The notes under the pieces: model-generated
The model's database searches: none
What the model was told of the DNA's origin: nothing
What the model saw: only the letters and a program-made list of their open reading frames with translations
Made by a program: the position numbers and the translations under genes
In this document: positions 24,901 through 36,723 of the stretch, piece after piece
Layout: each line of letters begins with the position of its first letter
Position numbering within the stretch: the stretch's first letter is position 1
From: Phyllobates terribilis
Lineage: Eukaryota
NCBI RefSeq assembly: GCF_046119375.1
Contig: NW_027362773.1
Coordinates: 115,382,001 to 115,446,000 of the forward strand
DNA: 64,000 bases
Direction: 5' to 3'

Positions 24901-27900
24901 CTGACCCAGGCTCGGCAATCCAATTGCCGCAGGTCTCCTGACCCAGGCTCAGCAGTCCCATGGTCGTGGGTCTCCTGACACAAGCTCTGCATTCGCATGG
25001 CCACGGGTCTGCTGACCCAAGCTCTGAAGTCCCATGATCGTGGGTCTCCTGACCCAGGCTTGGCAGTCTCATGGCCATGGGTCTCCTGACCCAGGCTCGG
25101 CAGTCTCATGGCCGTGGGTCTCCTGACCCAGGCTCGGCAGTCTCATGGCCGCGGGTCTCCTGACCCAGGCTCAGCAGTCTCATGGCCGCGGGTCTCCTGA
25201 CCCAGGCTCAGCAGTCTCATGGCCGCTGGTCTCCTGACCCAGGCTTGGCAATCAAATTACCGCAGGTCTCCTGACCCAGGCTCGGCAGTCCCATGGTCGC
25301 GGGTCTCCTGACACAAGCTCTGCATTCCCATGGCCACGTGTCTGCTGACCCAAGCTCTGAAGTCCCATGGTCGCAGGTCTTCTGACCCAGGCTCGGCAAT
25401 CTCATGGTCGCGGGATTCCTGACCTATGCTTGGCAGTCCCATGGCCACGGGTCTGCTGACCCAAGCTCTGAAGTCCCATAGTCGCGGGTGTTCTGACCCA
25501 AGCTTGGCAGTCCCATGGCCACGGATCTCCTGACCCAGGCTCGGCAATCCCATGGTCGTGGGACTCCTGACCCATGCTCGGCAGGCCCATGGTCGCAGGT
25601 CTTCTGACCCAGGCTTGGCAGTCCTATGGTCACGGGTCTCCTGACCCAGGCTCGGCAGTCTCATGGCCGTGGGTCTCCTGACCCAGGCTCGGCAGTCTCA
25701 TGGCCCCGGGTCTCCTGACCCAGGCTCGGCAGTCTCATGGCCGCGGGTCTCCTGACCCAGGCTCAGCAGTCTCATGGCCGCGGGTCTCCTGACCCAGGCT
25801 CAGCAGTCTCATGGCCGCTGGTCTCCTGACCCAGGCTCGGCAATCCAATTGCCGCAGGTCTCCTGACCCAGGCTCGGCAATCCAATTGCCGCAGGTCTCC
25901 TGACCCAGGCTCGGCAGTCCCATGGTCGTGGGTCTCCTGACACAAGCTCTGCATTCCCATGGCCACGGGTCTGCTGACCCAAGCTCTGAAGTCCCATGGT
26001 CGCGGGTCTCCTGACCCAGGCTTGGCAGTCTCATGGCCATGGGTCTCCTGACCCAGGCTCGGCAGTCTCATGGCCGTGGGTCTCCTGACCCAGGTTCGGC
26101 AGTCTCATGGCCGTGGGTCTCCTGACCCAGGCTCGGCAGTCTCTTGGCCGCGGGTCTCCTGACCCAGGCTCGGCAGTCCCATGGCCGCGGGTCTCCTGAC
26201 CCAGGCTCGGCAGTCCCATGGCCGCGGGTCTCCTGACCCAAGCTCGGCAGTCTCATGGCCCCGGGTCTCCTGACCCAGGCTCGGCAGTCTCATGGCCGCG
26301 GGTCTCCTGACCCAGGCTCGGCAGTCTCATGGCCGCGGGTCTCCTGACCCAGGCTCAGCAGTCACATGGCCGCTGGTCTCCTGACCCAGGCTCGGCAATC
26401 CAATTGCCGCAGGTCTCCTGACCCAGGCTTGGCAGTCCCATGGTCGCGGGTCTCCTGACACAAGCTCTGCATTCCCATGGCCACGGATCTGCTGACCCAA
26501 GCTCTGAAGTCCCATGGTCGCGGGTCTTCTGACCCAGGCTCGGCAATCTCATGGTCGCAGGATTCCTGACCAATGCTTGGCAGTCCAATGGCCACGGGTC
26601 TGCTAACCCAAGCTCTGAAGTCCCATGGTCGCGGGTGTTCTGACCTAAGCTTGGCAGTCCCATGGCCACGGATCTCCTGACCCAGGCTCGGCAATCCCAT
26701 GGTCGTGGGACTCCTGACCCATGCTCGGCAGGCCCATGGTCGCAGGTCTTCTGACCCAGGCTTGGCAGTCCTATGGTCACGGGTCTCCTGACCCAGGCTC
26801 GGCAGTCCCATGACCGTGGGTCTCCTGACCCAGTCTCGGCAGTCTCATGGCCGTGGGTCTCCTGACCCAGGCTTGGCAGTCTCATGGCCGCGGGTCTCCT
26901 GACCCAGGCTCGGCAGTCCCATGGCCTCGGGTCTCCTGACCCAGGCTCGGCAGTCCCATGGCCGCGGGTCTCCTGACCCAAGCTCGGCAGTCCCATGGCC
27001 ACGGGTTTCCTGACCCAAGCTCGGCAGTCTCATGGCCCCGGGTCTCCTGACCCAGGCTCGGCAGTCTCATGGCCCCGGGTCTCTTGACCCAGGCTCAGCA
27101 GTCCCATGGTCGCGGGTCTCCTGACACAAGCTCAGCATTCCCATGGCCACGGGTCTGCTGACCCAAGCTCTGAAGTCCCATGGTCGCGGGTCTTCTGACC
27201 CAGGCTCGGCAGTCCCATGGTCGCGGGTCTTCTGACCCAGGCTCGGCAGTCTCATGGCCGTGGGTCTCCTGACCCAGGCTCGGCAGTCTCATGGCCGTGG
27301 GTCTCCTGACCCAGGCTCGGCAGTCTCATGGCCGTGGGTCTCCTGACCGCGGGTCTCATGGCCGCGGGTCTCCTGACCCAAGCTCGGCAGTCTCATGGCC
27401 CCGGGTCTCCTGACCCAGGCTCGGCAGTCTCATGGCCGCGGGTCTCCTGACCCAGGCTCAGCAGTCTCATGGCCGCGGGTCTCCTGACTCAGGCTCGGCA
27501 ATCCAATTGCCGCAGGTCTCCTGACCCAAGCTCGGCAGTCCCATGGTCGCGGGTCTCCTGACACAAGCTCTGCATTCCCATGGCCACGGGTCTGCTGACC
27601 CAAGCTCTGAAGTCCCATGGTCGCGGGTCTTCTGACCCAGGCTCGGCAGTCCCATGGCCGCGGGTCTCCTGACCCAGGCTCGGCAGTCTCATGGCCGCGG
27701 GTCTCCTGACCCAGGCTCGGCAATCCAATTGCCGCAGGTCTCCTGACCCAGGCTCGGCAGTCCCATGGCTGCGGGTCTCCTGACCCAAGCTCGGCAGTCT
27801 CATGGCCCCGGGTCTCCTGACCCAGGCTTGGCAGTCTCATGGTCGCGGGTCTCCTGACCCAGGCTCAGCAGTCTCATGGCCGCGGGTCTCCTGACCCAGG

Positions 27901-28652
27901 CTCAGCAGTCTCATGGCCGCTGGTCTCCTGACCCAGGCTCTGCAATCCAATTGCCGCAGGTCTCCTGACCCAGGCTCGGCAGTCCCATGGTCGCGGGTCT
28001 CCTGACCCAGGCTCAGCAGTTCCATGGCCGCAGGTCTCCTGACCCAGGCTCAGCAGTCTCATGGCCGCTGGTCTCCTGACCCAGGCTCGGCAATCCAATT
28101 GCCGCAGGTCTTCTGACCCAGGCTTGGCAGTCCTATGGTCACGGGTCTCCTGACCCAGGCTCGGCAGTCACATGGTCGCGGGTCTTCTGACCCAAGCTCG
28201 GCCGTCCCACGGCCACGGGTCTCCTGACCCAGGCTTGGCAGTCTTATGACCGCGGGTCAGCTCACCCAAGCTCTGCATTTCCATGGTCGCGGGTCTCCTG
28301 ACCCAAGCTCTGCATTCCCATGGTCGCGGGTCTCCTGACACAAGCTCTGCATTCCCATGGTCGCAGGTCTCCTGACACAAGCTCTGCATCCCCATGGCCG
28401 CGGGTCTGCTGACCCAAGCTCTGAAGTCCCATGGTCGCGGGTCTTCTGACCCAGGCTCGGCAGTCCCATGGTCGCGGGTCTTCTGACCCAGGCTCGGCAG
28501 TCCCATGGTCGCGGGTCTTCTGACCCAGGCTTGGCAGTCCCATGGCCTCGGGTCTCCTGACCCAAGCTCGGCAGTCCCATGGCGCGAGTGTCCTGACCCA
28601 GGCTCGGCTGTCCTATGGCCACAGGTCTCCTGATCGGAGCTAGCCAGTCTCA
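3991..28652. repeat. 37-bp GC-rich satellite array (~666 copies) with higher-order repeats
   Basis: Consensus ggtctcctgacccaggctcggcagtctcatggccgcg. Recurrent pseudo-ORFs are offset by exact multiples of 37 (962, 1147, 1184, 2812, 3515, 5217, 8029). Confidence 0.99.
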
Positions 28653-29339
28653 TATATACATACTGTATAAGACTGCCACGTTTGGGTCAGGACGAGTACA
28701 GACCACAAAACACGGGGGTGCGAAACTGACCTATTATTCACTGAATAGGTGATCACTCGGGTCTGACCAGTCGGACAATGTGTGGATAGGACCGTAGTAC
28801 ACGTGTGATCACCACTCTATTCACTGTCCATGGATCTGATAACACAGATTCCTCATAAATCCCATAGACGTGAATAAAGGTGATTAGACTAATGATATTG
28901 TGGCATGGTCACTACCACGTACTGCTGCTTAGTGTCTATTCATTTTAGTAGAAGCTAAGGGGACGATTTTCTCGCTTGTCTTGAGGGGACTTGTTGGAGT
29001 GGAAGCTTCTGATTCATTAAGAGAAAAACGCCTCTTAATGAATTAGGCGAGGTGCGTAGTGGCCTCTGCCAGTCATAAATCTAAGGTATAGCGGACGCAG
29101 TTCGTCCCTTTAAAGGGACTCTGTCAGCACCGAATGACTGTTCAAACCAAGTACAGGCGCTCGGTGCTTCATGGCAAGACCAATCGTTTGCATACACCTT
29201 CTCACCTGCTTGGAACATTGTAGCTTCAGACTGAAGGCAGCAATACCATGAAGGAACACATGGAAACAAGGAGTAAAGAGATATGTGTGAAACAAACCGG
29301 AGTATATGTTAAGCCTTAGATTCCTCAAAGTACCCCCTT

Positions 29340-30255
29340 TTTATTCTGATGACAGCTTTACACCTCCTTGGTATTCTATCATCACCGGTGATGGCTTCCA
29401 ACAGTCTTGAAGACTTCAGAGAGGTGCTGAGTACTTATTGGTTGTTTTGCCTTCACTCTACGATCCAACTCATTCCAAACCATTTTACATGGGTTAAGAT
29501 TGTGGAAGCCATGTTGGGATGGTATGTCTTTACAGAGTACTGTAATCTCCATGTTGGGCAAATGTGTTTTGAATTTGGAAATTTGGAATAAATCACCAAC
29601 AGTGTCACCAGCAAACATCCTCACACCTCTATGCTTCACGGTGGCCGCCACACACACAGAAGCCATTCGCTTATCTTTTCTGCGTCTCACAAAGACATGT
29701 TGGTTGGTATTAAACATCTCAAATTTTTATTCATCAGACCACAGTACAAAGTTACACTGATATAAAAAACATAGGGACCCATTGAGAGGTTTGCAGTGAC
29801 GTGGCAGAGGGCTTCATACAGTCTGATCAGAATGTTAAACTAAGAACCTCATGTTCAGCTTTGTAACTTTTTGCCTAGCGGCAGTAGATCAACATATGAT
29901 TTTTGGATGTATGGTCGATGTCTTTTTTTCTACAATCCAGCACACTCAACCATAAAGGCCCACTTCTAGCAGTCTTCTTCTGGACAGTTGCTTTTGAGAT
30001 GTCTGCTACTTGATATTTTTGCATCATTTATGAAGGTTGTTATCTGAGGTGCTGTCAGTTTGCGGTTTTACTGGTAACTCTAATGAACTTATCCTATGCT
30101 GCAGTCTTAATTCTTTGTCTTTCTTTCCTGGGGTGGTCTTCTTGAAAGCCAGTTTCATCATAGCAATTTGTGTTTTTTATGACTAAACTTGAGGATACCT
30201 TCAGTAATTTTTTTGGATTGACGGACCATCATGTCTTAAAGTAATGATAGACTCG
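29340..30255 (-). mobile_element. Degraded Tc1/mariner transposase fragment related to the 38.5-kb element
   Basis: Translations HVFVRRRK..VKH..FAGDTVGDL and ELDRRVKAKQP parallel the transposase at 38.7-39.7 kb. Many stops and deletions. Confidence 0.85.
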
Positions 30256-31936
30256 CCCGTCAAGACTTAGTGGAGAAAGGATGTGTGGTCTAAGAGAGCA
30301 ACACCATGTGCCAAAATATTGGCGAAAATTTGTACCATAAAGTAAGCCAACTTATAGGTGGCGTGAAGACGTCGAACAGTACGTGCCACAGTGAAATATT
30401 TCATTTTCACAGGCAGCCTGAATCAGACGCTGGCTTTCGTTATTGCAGCCATGTACGAGTGTCTTAAGTCTCCTTCAAACGTCCATTTTTCTTGTACCAG
30501 TTCTATGTGTGTTTTTCACATATCATAGTCTATGGAGCTGTTCACATGCCCGTCTATTTTTGCAGACTGAGAGGACCAAACAAAATCACTGACATATGTC
30601 CGATTTTGATCCAAACTTGCCAATGCAAGTCTATGGGGTCTTGAAAAATAAAATCAGACAGCACTCAGATGCCGTACATGTAGTGTCCGTTTTTCACTGA
30701 CTGTTTGATAGAAGCTTGAAAACCTCCATGGTTTTTTTTGTTCATACAAGAAAAACTAAATTAAATTGATGGAGAAACTGACCAAACTTTCACTTTGGGC
30801 TCACTGATCTATCCGATTTTCACGTACAAGTGCCATCTCTCGTACCTATGATAGTTTTTGGGGCCATTCACATGTCTGAGATTTTTTGCAGACCAACTAG
30901 TCAGCGGAAAATCACACAGATCCGAAGGTTGGATCAAAATCAACAATGCAAGTCAACCGCTTCTGTGAAAGAAAAAAAATGCACTCAGATGACATTCAAG
31001 TGCAGCCTGATTTTCACAGTCTGTCATAATGAGGAATGTATAGGAACTTCTTTCTTTTTTTTAAATTTCTCCACATATGAGAAAAACGGATGACCTTGAA
31101 CCACACTCTAATCAGAATAATGGGTCGATTTTTCTCAAACGTGGAAAAATCAGCCCTTTCTCTGACTTTCTGTGTGTGAGAAAAATCACAGGATGTCTCA
31201 ACAAGCCCTTACTCTGAAATGGTGTTTCAAAAATAAAAAACAATTTTGAAAGCTGGCTGGAGACTATACATTTTGGATGACTAGTCCAAAAGGCAAATCT
31301 CCGGAGGCTTCATCCCACCCCGCTCTCCTAGACTGACAGGGGACTCCTGAGGTGTGTGTCTCAGAGCGAAACATAAATGGCTGCAAAAATGCTCCGATTC
31401 ATGCTAAGTCTTCAGAGTTTTTATACATAAATAGTTATAAAGACATACTATTATAGATACATAGAATTTATAATATTACAAAGGGACGTTTATGGTTTCT
31501 ATATTGATTCGTCCTGTACAAATAAACCATATGACATGAAAGCTGGTAATCGCTTCTTTCCATCACACATCGTCAATTATTCATCAGTTTATAAGCCTCC
31601 ATACGATGCCTGCTTTCATGGAACAGCAGCAGACAGGCAACAATCCAGTTCTATAAATACATATACACACAATAGTGCTTATCGCAGTGATGTAACCATC
31701 ATCAGATTAGGAAGAGGTGCTTATTCAGCAAGTATTTAATTCTCTGCCACCTGTTCACACACATCAGCCTGTTATCAAGGTATACCACTAAGAGATTCCG
31801 AAATAATACAAGATAATGCAGGATGAGATACAAGAGAACGGCATAGTGTAAGACGAAAAAGGAAACGCATGAAAGGGTTTTTATGGTTGTAAAGATTAGT
31901 CACACTATTAATAAAAGTTCTGTACTTTCCCATATA

Positions 31937-34397
31937 AAGGAGCTTCTCACTAAATTAGAATATCATCAAAAAGTAAATTTATTTCAGTTCTACAATGTAG
32001 CATCGGCGTCTCTGCCTCCTGCCGGGCAGAGACGCCGTTCCCCTCACCGCCGTGGTCCTGGTCCGGCGTCTTCCTGCTCTCTAGCTGCTGTGGCGCGCAC
32101 CGCGCGCAGCTTCCCAGGCACTGTGGTTAGGGCGTGCGCGGGCTCCCTCCTTCTTAAAGGGGCCACGCGCGCCATCCTATAGAGTCCCCGGCCAATGGCC
32201 GGAGGACTTCTCTTATACAAGGCACCTCCTCCAAAATGGAATTGCCTGTGCAAGGTTGTTGTTCCGTGTGCTAACACTCGCTTCAGGCCTCAGGTCCCGC
32301 TGCCTATCAGTCCAGCCCACCAGTCTAACAGTCCCTGCCCGCCTGTCTACAGTTCAGCCCGCCAGCCTGTCTGTTACCTGTTGTGCCCGCAAACCAGCCT
32401 ACCTGGAGCACCTGCCTGTAACCTGTCATGCTCACCAGCCTGTCTTCCCGGAGCACTTGCCAGTTATCTGCCGTGCCCTCCTGCTTCCCTACCTGGAGCA
32501 CCTGTCTCTGCCAGTTACCTGCCATGCCCACCTGCTTCCCTACCCGGAGCACGTGTCTCTGCCAGTTACCTGCGGTGCCCGCCTGCTTGCCTACCCGGAG
32601 CACCCTTCTGGCTATCTGCCGTCCCAGCCTGCTTATCTACCCGGACCACCCGTCAACCTTCCTGCCATGCTCATCCGCTGTACCGGTCAGCTCCTGTCAT
32701 CTAACCCGTGGGAGTCACCTGCTCTCACACAAGGTTGGTCCCAGAGTGGCACCTGGTTCACCTGCCCGGTCCCTCCCTGGTTCACGGAGTCGACTGAGCC
32801 GCCGTGTGACCTGGGTCAGTCCGAGTAGGCACTTAATTACGCCCCTCTGGTCCCTCCTTGCACCGCAGCACAGGGGTTCCACCACCTGGCCCCGTAACAT
32901 ACAATGCAAAAAGTGAAACTAATATTATATAGAGTCATTACAAACAGAGTGATCTATTTCAAGTGTTTATTTCTGTTAATGTTGATGATAACTTACAGCC
33001 AATGAAAACACAAAAGTCATTATCTCAGTAAATTAGAATAATTAACAAAAAACACCTGCAAAGGCTTCCGAAGCGTTTTAAAAGGTTCTTTAGTCTGTTT
33101 CAGTAGGCTCCACAATCATGGGGAAGACTGCTGACTTGACAGATGTCCAGAAGGCAGTCATTGACACACTCCGCAAGGAGGGTAAGCCACAAAAGGTCAT
33201 TGCTAAAGAATCTGTCTGTTCACAGTGCTGTATAAAAGCATATTAATGGAAAGTGGAGTGGAAGGAAAAAGTGTGTTAGAAAAAGGTGCACAAGCAACCG
33301 GGATAACCGCAGCCTTGGAAGGATTGTTAAGAAAAGGCCATTCAAAAATTTGGGGGAGATTCACAAGGAGTGGACTGCTGCTGGAGTCATTGCTTCAAGA
33401 GCCACCACACAGACGTATCCAGGACATGGGCTACAAGTGTCGCATTCCTTGTGTCAAGCCACTCATGACCAACAGACAACGCCAGAAGAGTCTTATCTGG
33501 GGCAAGGAGACCCGGACTGTTTGCTCAGTGGCCCAAGGTACTGTTTTCAGATGAAAGTAAATTTTGCATTTCATTTGGAAATCAAGGTCCCAGAGTCTGG
33601 AGGAAGAGTGGAGAGGCCACAATCCAAGCTGCTGGAGGTCTAGTGTGAAGTTTCCACCATCAGTGATGGTTTGGGGAGCCATGTCATCTGCTGGTGGAGG
33701 TCCACTGTGTTTTATCAAGACCAAAGTCAGCGCAGCCGTCTACCAGGACATTTTACAGCACTCCATGCTTCCCTCTGCCGACAAGCTTTCTGGAGATGGA
33801 AATGTCATTCTCCAGCAGGACTTGGCCCCTGTCCACACTGCCAAAAGTACCAATACCTGGTTTACACACAACAGTATCACTGTGCTTGATTGGCAGCAAA
33901 CTCGCCTGACCTTAACCCCATAGAGAATCTATTATAGAGAATCTATGGGGTATTGTCAAGAGGAAGATGAGACACCAAACTCAACAATGCAGACGAGCTG
34001 AAGGCTGCTATCAAAGCCACCTGGGCTTCCATAACCCCTCAGCAGTGCCACAGGCTGATCGCCTCCATGCCACATTGCCGCATTGATGCAGTAATTGATG
34101 CAAAAGGAGCCCGACCAAGTATTGAGGGCATTTACTAAACATACATTTCAGTAGGACAACTTTTCAGATTTTAAAATCATTTTTCAAGCTGTTGTTATAA
34201 ATTATTCTAATTTACTGAGATAACGACTTTTGTGTTTTCATTGGCTGTAATCCATAATCATCAACATTAACAGAAATAAACACTTGAAATAGATCACTCT
34301 GTTTGTAATGACTCTATATATGAGTTTCACTTTTTGTATCGAAGAACTGAAATAAATAAACTTTTTGAGGATATTCTAATTTAGTGAGATGCACTTG
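31937..34397 (+). mobile_element. Tc1 (DD34E) transposon, decayed, with a solo LTR inserted in its left TIR
   Basis: TA flanks. ~200-bp TIRs (..ctcactaaattagaatatc..). Frameshifted transposase with VMVWGAMS, QQDLAPVH and DLNPIE motifs. About 1.55 kb without the insert. Confidence 0.92.
31996..32899. mobile_element. Solo LTR (904 bp)
   Basis: TGTAGCA...CGTAACA termini. 5-bp TSD TACAA at 31991-31995 and 32900-32904. Removing it restores the Tc1 TIR. Internal ~45-51 bp tandem units. Confidence 0.85.
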
Positions 34398-36723
34398 TAC
34401 TTTGGGGCCAATTCTTCAAGCATTTAACAACGGTCTTCTGGCATTATAGAGTCTCAAATTTTTTTTTGGTATAACCCGCATTTGCACAAAAATGTTGCGC
34501 GTTGCCAGCCTTGCCAACATCTTGAAGCACGTTCAGCCATCAGTTCTCATGTTTGTTTTTAACCCTTTCATTACCAGCCTATTTTCAATTTTTGTGCTCC
34601 CTCCACCCTTGACAGAACTGTACGATGTTTTTTTATTTTTATCGTCCCAGAATGTTTTGTACTTTTGAATGTCAGTCGCTTTACAATATAATTTACTGAA
34701 AAATGGGGGAGGGGGAAATTCCACCATTTTTTGGGGGGATTTTACAGTATTCATTGTGCAGTAAAAATGATTTGACAATATGATTTTGCAGGTCAGTAAG
34801 CTGTGTGAGGATTTTGTGCGCAGTGCACAGATGTTTTAATTGCCACCATTTTGGGTTACATACAAACATTTTACTGCAATATCTGTCGAGGAGGGTGGGG
34901 AATGCTTCAATTTATTTTTTACTTTGCATTTAACTTCGTTTAATTTTATATTTTCATAAATTAGGGCTTTCTTTTTGCTTAAACCATTATTTTTAATTAT
35001 GGGGCATCTACTTTTTTTTTTTTCTACAAAGGAAACTGTTCACATAGTGTATAGAATGAGACAAGACTCCAGAAGCAAACTAGCAATATCGCAGCACTTG
35101 CAGGATGTGATTCTGCAGAATAGTCAGACACAGGAGGGACCCATTTACACTCTGCCTTTAGTACTTTAAAGACCCTATTCATGCAATAGGTCCCCCTGAG
35201 GAATCCATTAGGGAAGAAACATGACGGGAAAGTGCAGAGCCTCCACATTAGGGATAGTTGTGGACGGCCCTTGTCAGGGCGGGAGCTTTTGCGGTTTCAG
35301 TCTAGTAAAGTTGCTATAGGGACCTATAGGGCTAGACTGCACCCCTTTTTCCTGGATCACCTCTACCAGGATGACGTATACCTGCAGCAACGAACATCGA
35401 ATAGGTGAGAACGTTCTTATCTCTCCTCCTGTACCAGTCGGTAACTCATTATTTTTAAAGATTATTGTAATTGTGTTTTTTTTGCTATGTATACACCTAT
35501 TCAAATGTAAAGCACCATGTAATAATTGGTACTATAATAATAAATATTGGTACCTAACCTACTGTGTGTTCTGATATACACCAGGGACTATGTACTGGTT
35601 ACAACTCTAGTAAAATCCCTGTCTGACGGTCCACCAATGTCCTTCTGGTGTCTCATTTGATCCACGACACAATACCTTGGATGATCTTGACCTAGACGTC
35701 CTCACTGTAGGGTGGTCTTGATCATTTCTTTTTTGTTGTACTTTGTTTCCCTTATATTACAATCATCCATCCATTAAAAAAAAGGTTACTTAGACCCTGG
35801 GTGGGGAATCCGTCCTCTTTTTAGGCAGCACTTCGACTCTCTTGAATATATTAAAAGTTAAGTTCTATTATACTCTCACAAATTGCTGTTCCCTATTGAT
35901 ACAGTGAGGTGTTTATGAATGTGAGTGGGTAATTTATTCCCAGTAATATTTGCTTTTTTTCCCTCATGTTCTAGTTATGCAAGAATCAGCACTACGACAA
36001 CTTTGGACTGTGGTTTTGGCACACAAGCCTGCCATGTATTCTGCATGTTAATCTCTGGTCTTTCTGGTTCTTGTTGTACAGAGCGACAGTAAAAGTCTCA
36101 CACAGACATCATTAGATTAACCCGAGCTACACGAGCAGATAACTGGTTATTATGGATTTATATAAAACATCAAAGTAGCGACCATATGACAACAGTTTGA
36201 GCTAGGTTGTTATCCCAGTCTTAAAAGCATCTCCATTACAGCAGACCTGTAAAGGGTTAATTCCAAATTATTACATTATCCCATATTTATAGTATAGGGT
36301 ATGACTTACTGATTACTGAGAGTCCCCAACAATTCTGAGTACAGCCTGTGGAAGACAGGAATGGCGTTATCTACAGAGCCCCTTATTTACTGGAGTAAGG
36401 TGCCCACGCTCAACCTTCACTCCATTTATTGACTGACTGCCAGAAAAAGCCGATTGCTATACTCTGCTTTTTCTATCAGTTCCCTCAAGAATAAAACGTA
36501 GGGCTATACATGTGCATTTCTGCTCCATTCAGGATCTCCGGACGTCCGAGTGGTGTGAGCCCCAGAAATCAGACAGTTATCCCTTATCTTATGGATTTGG
36601 CATAACTTATTATTGCGGATTTATATATAAATAATTAGTATCGTGTCTAGAACAAGGGGCAAAGTCCTGTTGCGTTGGGCACCGCTTATCAGCGAAGTAT
36701 AAAAAGACAAAGTCAAATAAAAA

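Noticed and set aside
3991-28652. CRISPR-like array (37-bp period, hairpin)
   Set aside because: No unique spacers, no cas genes, vertebrate context.
4312-28653. Hundreds of minus-strand ORFs (MGLPSLGQETRGH...)
   Set aside because: They are translations of the 37-bp satellite cycling through frames, with regular stops and no splice or domain evidence.
29012-29047. 14-bp-stem hairpin tgattcattaagag...ctcttaatgaatta
   Set aside because: Most likely a tiny MITE remnant. No other support for a structured RNA.
32195-32916. Pro/Cys-rich ORFs
   Set aside because: They arise from tandem units inside the solo LTR.
34975-35169. ORF containing RMRQD, resembling human WDR74
   Set aside because: Wrong strand and outside the gene. 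The real exon is 43352-43209.
35380-35420. Short AG...GTGAG exon-like segment
   Set aside because: Isolated, with no partner exons or recognisable product.
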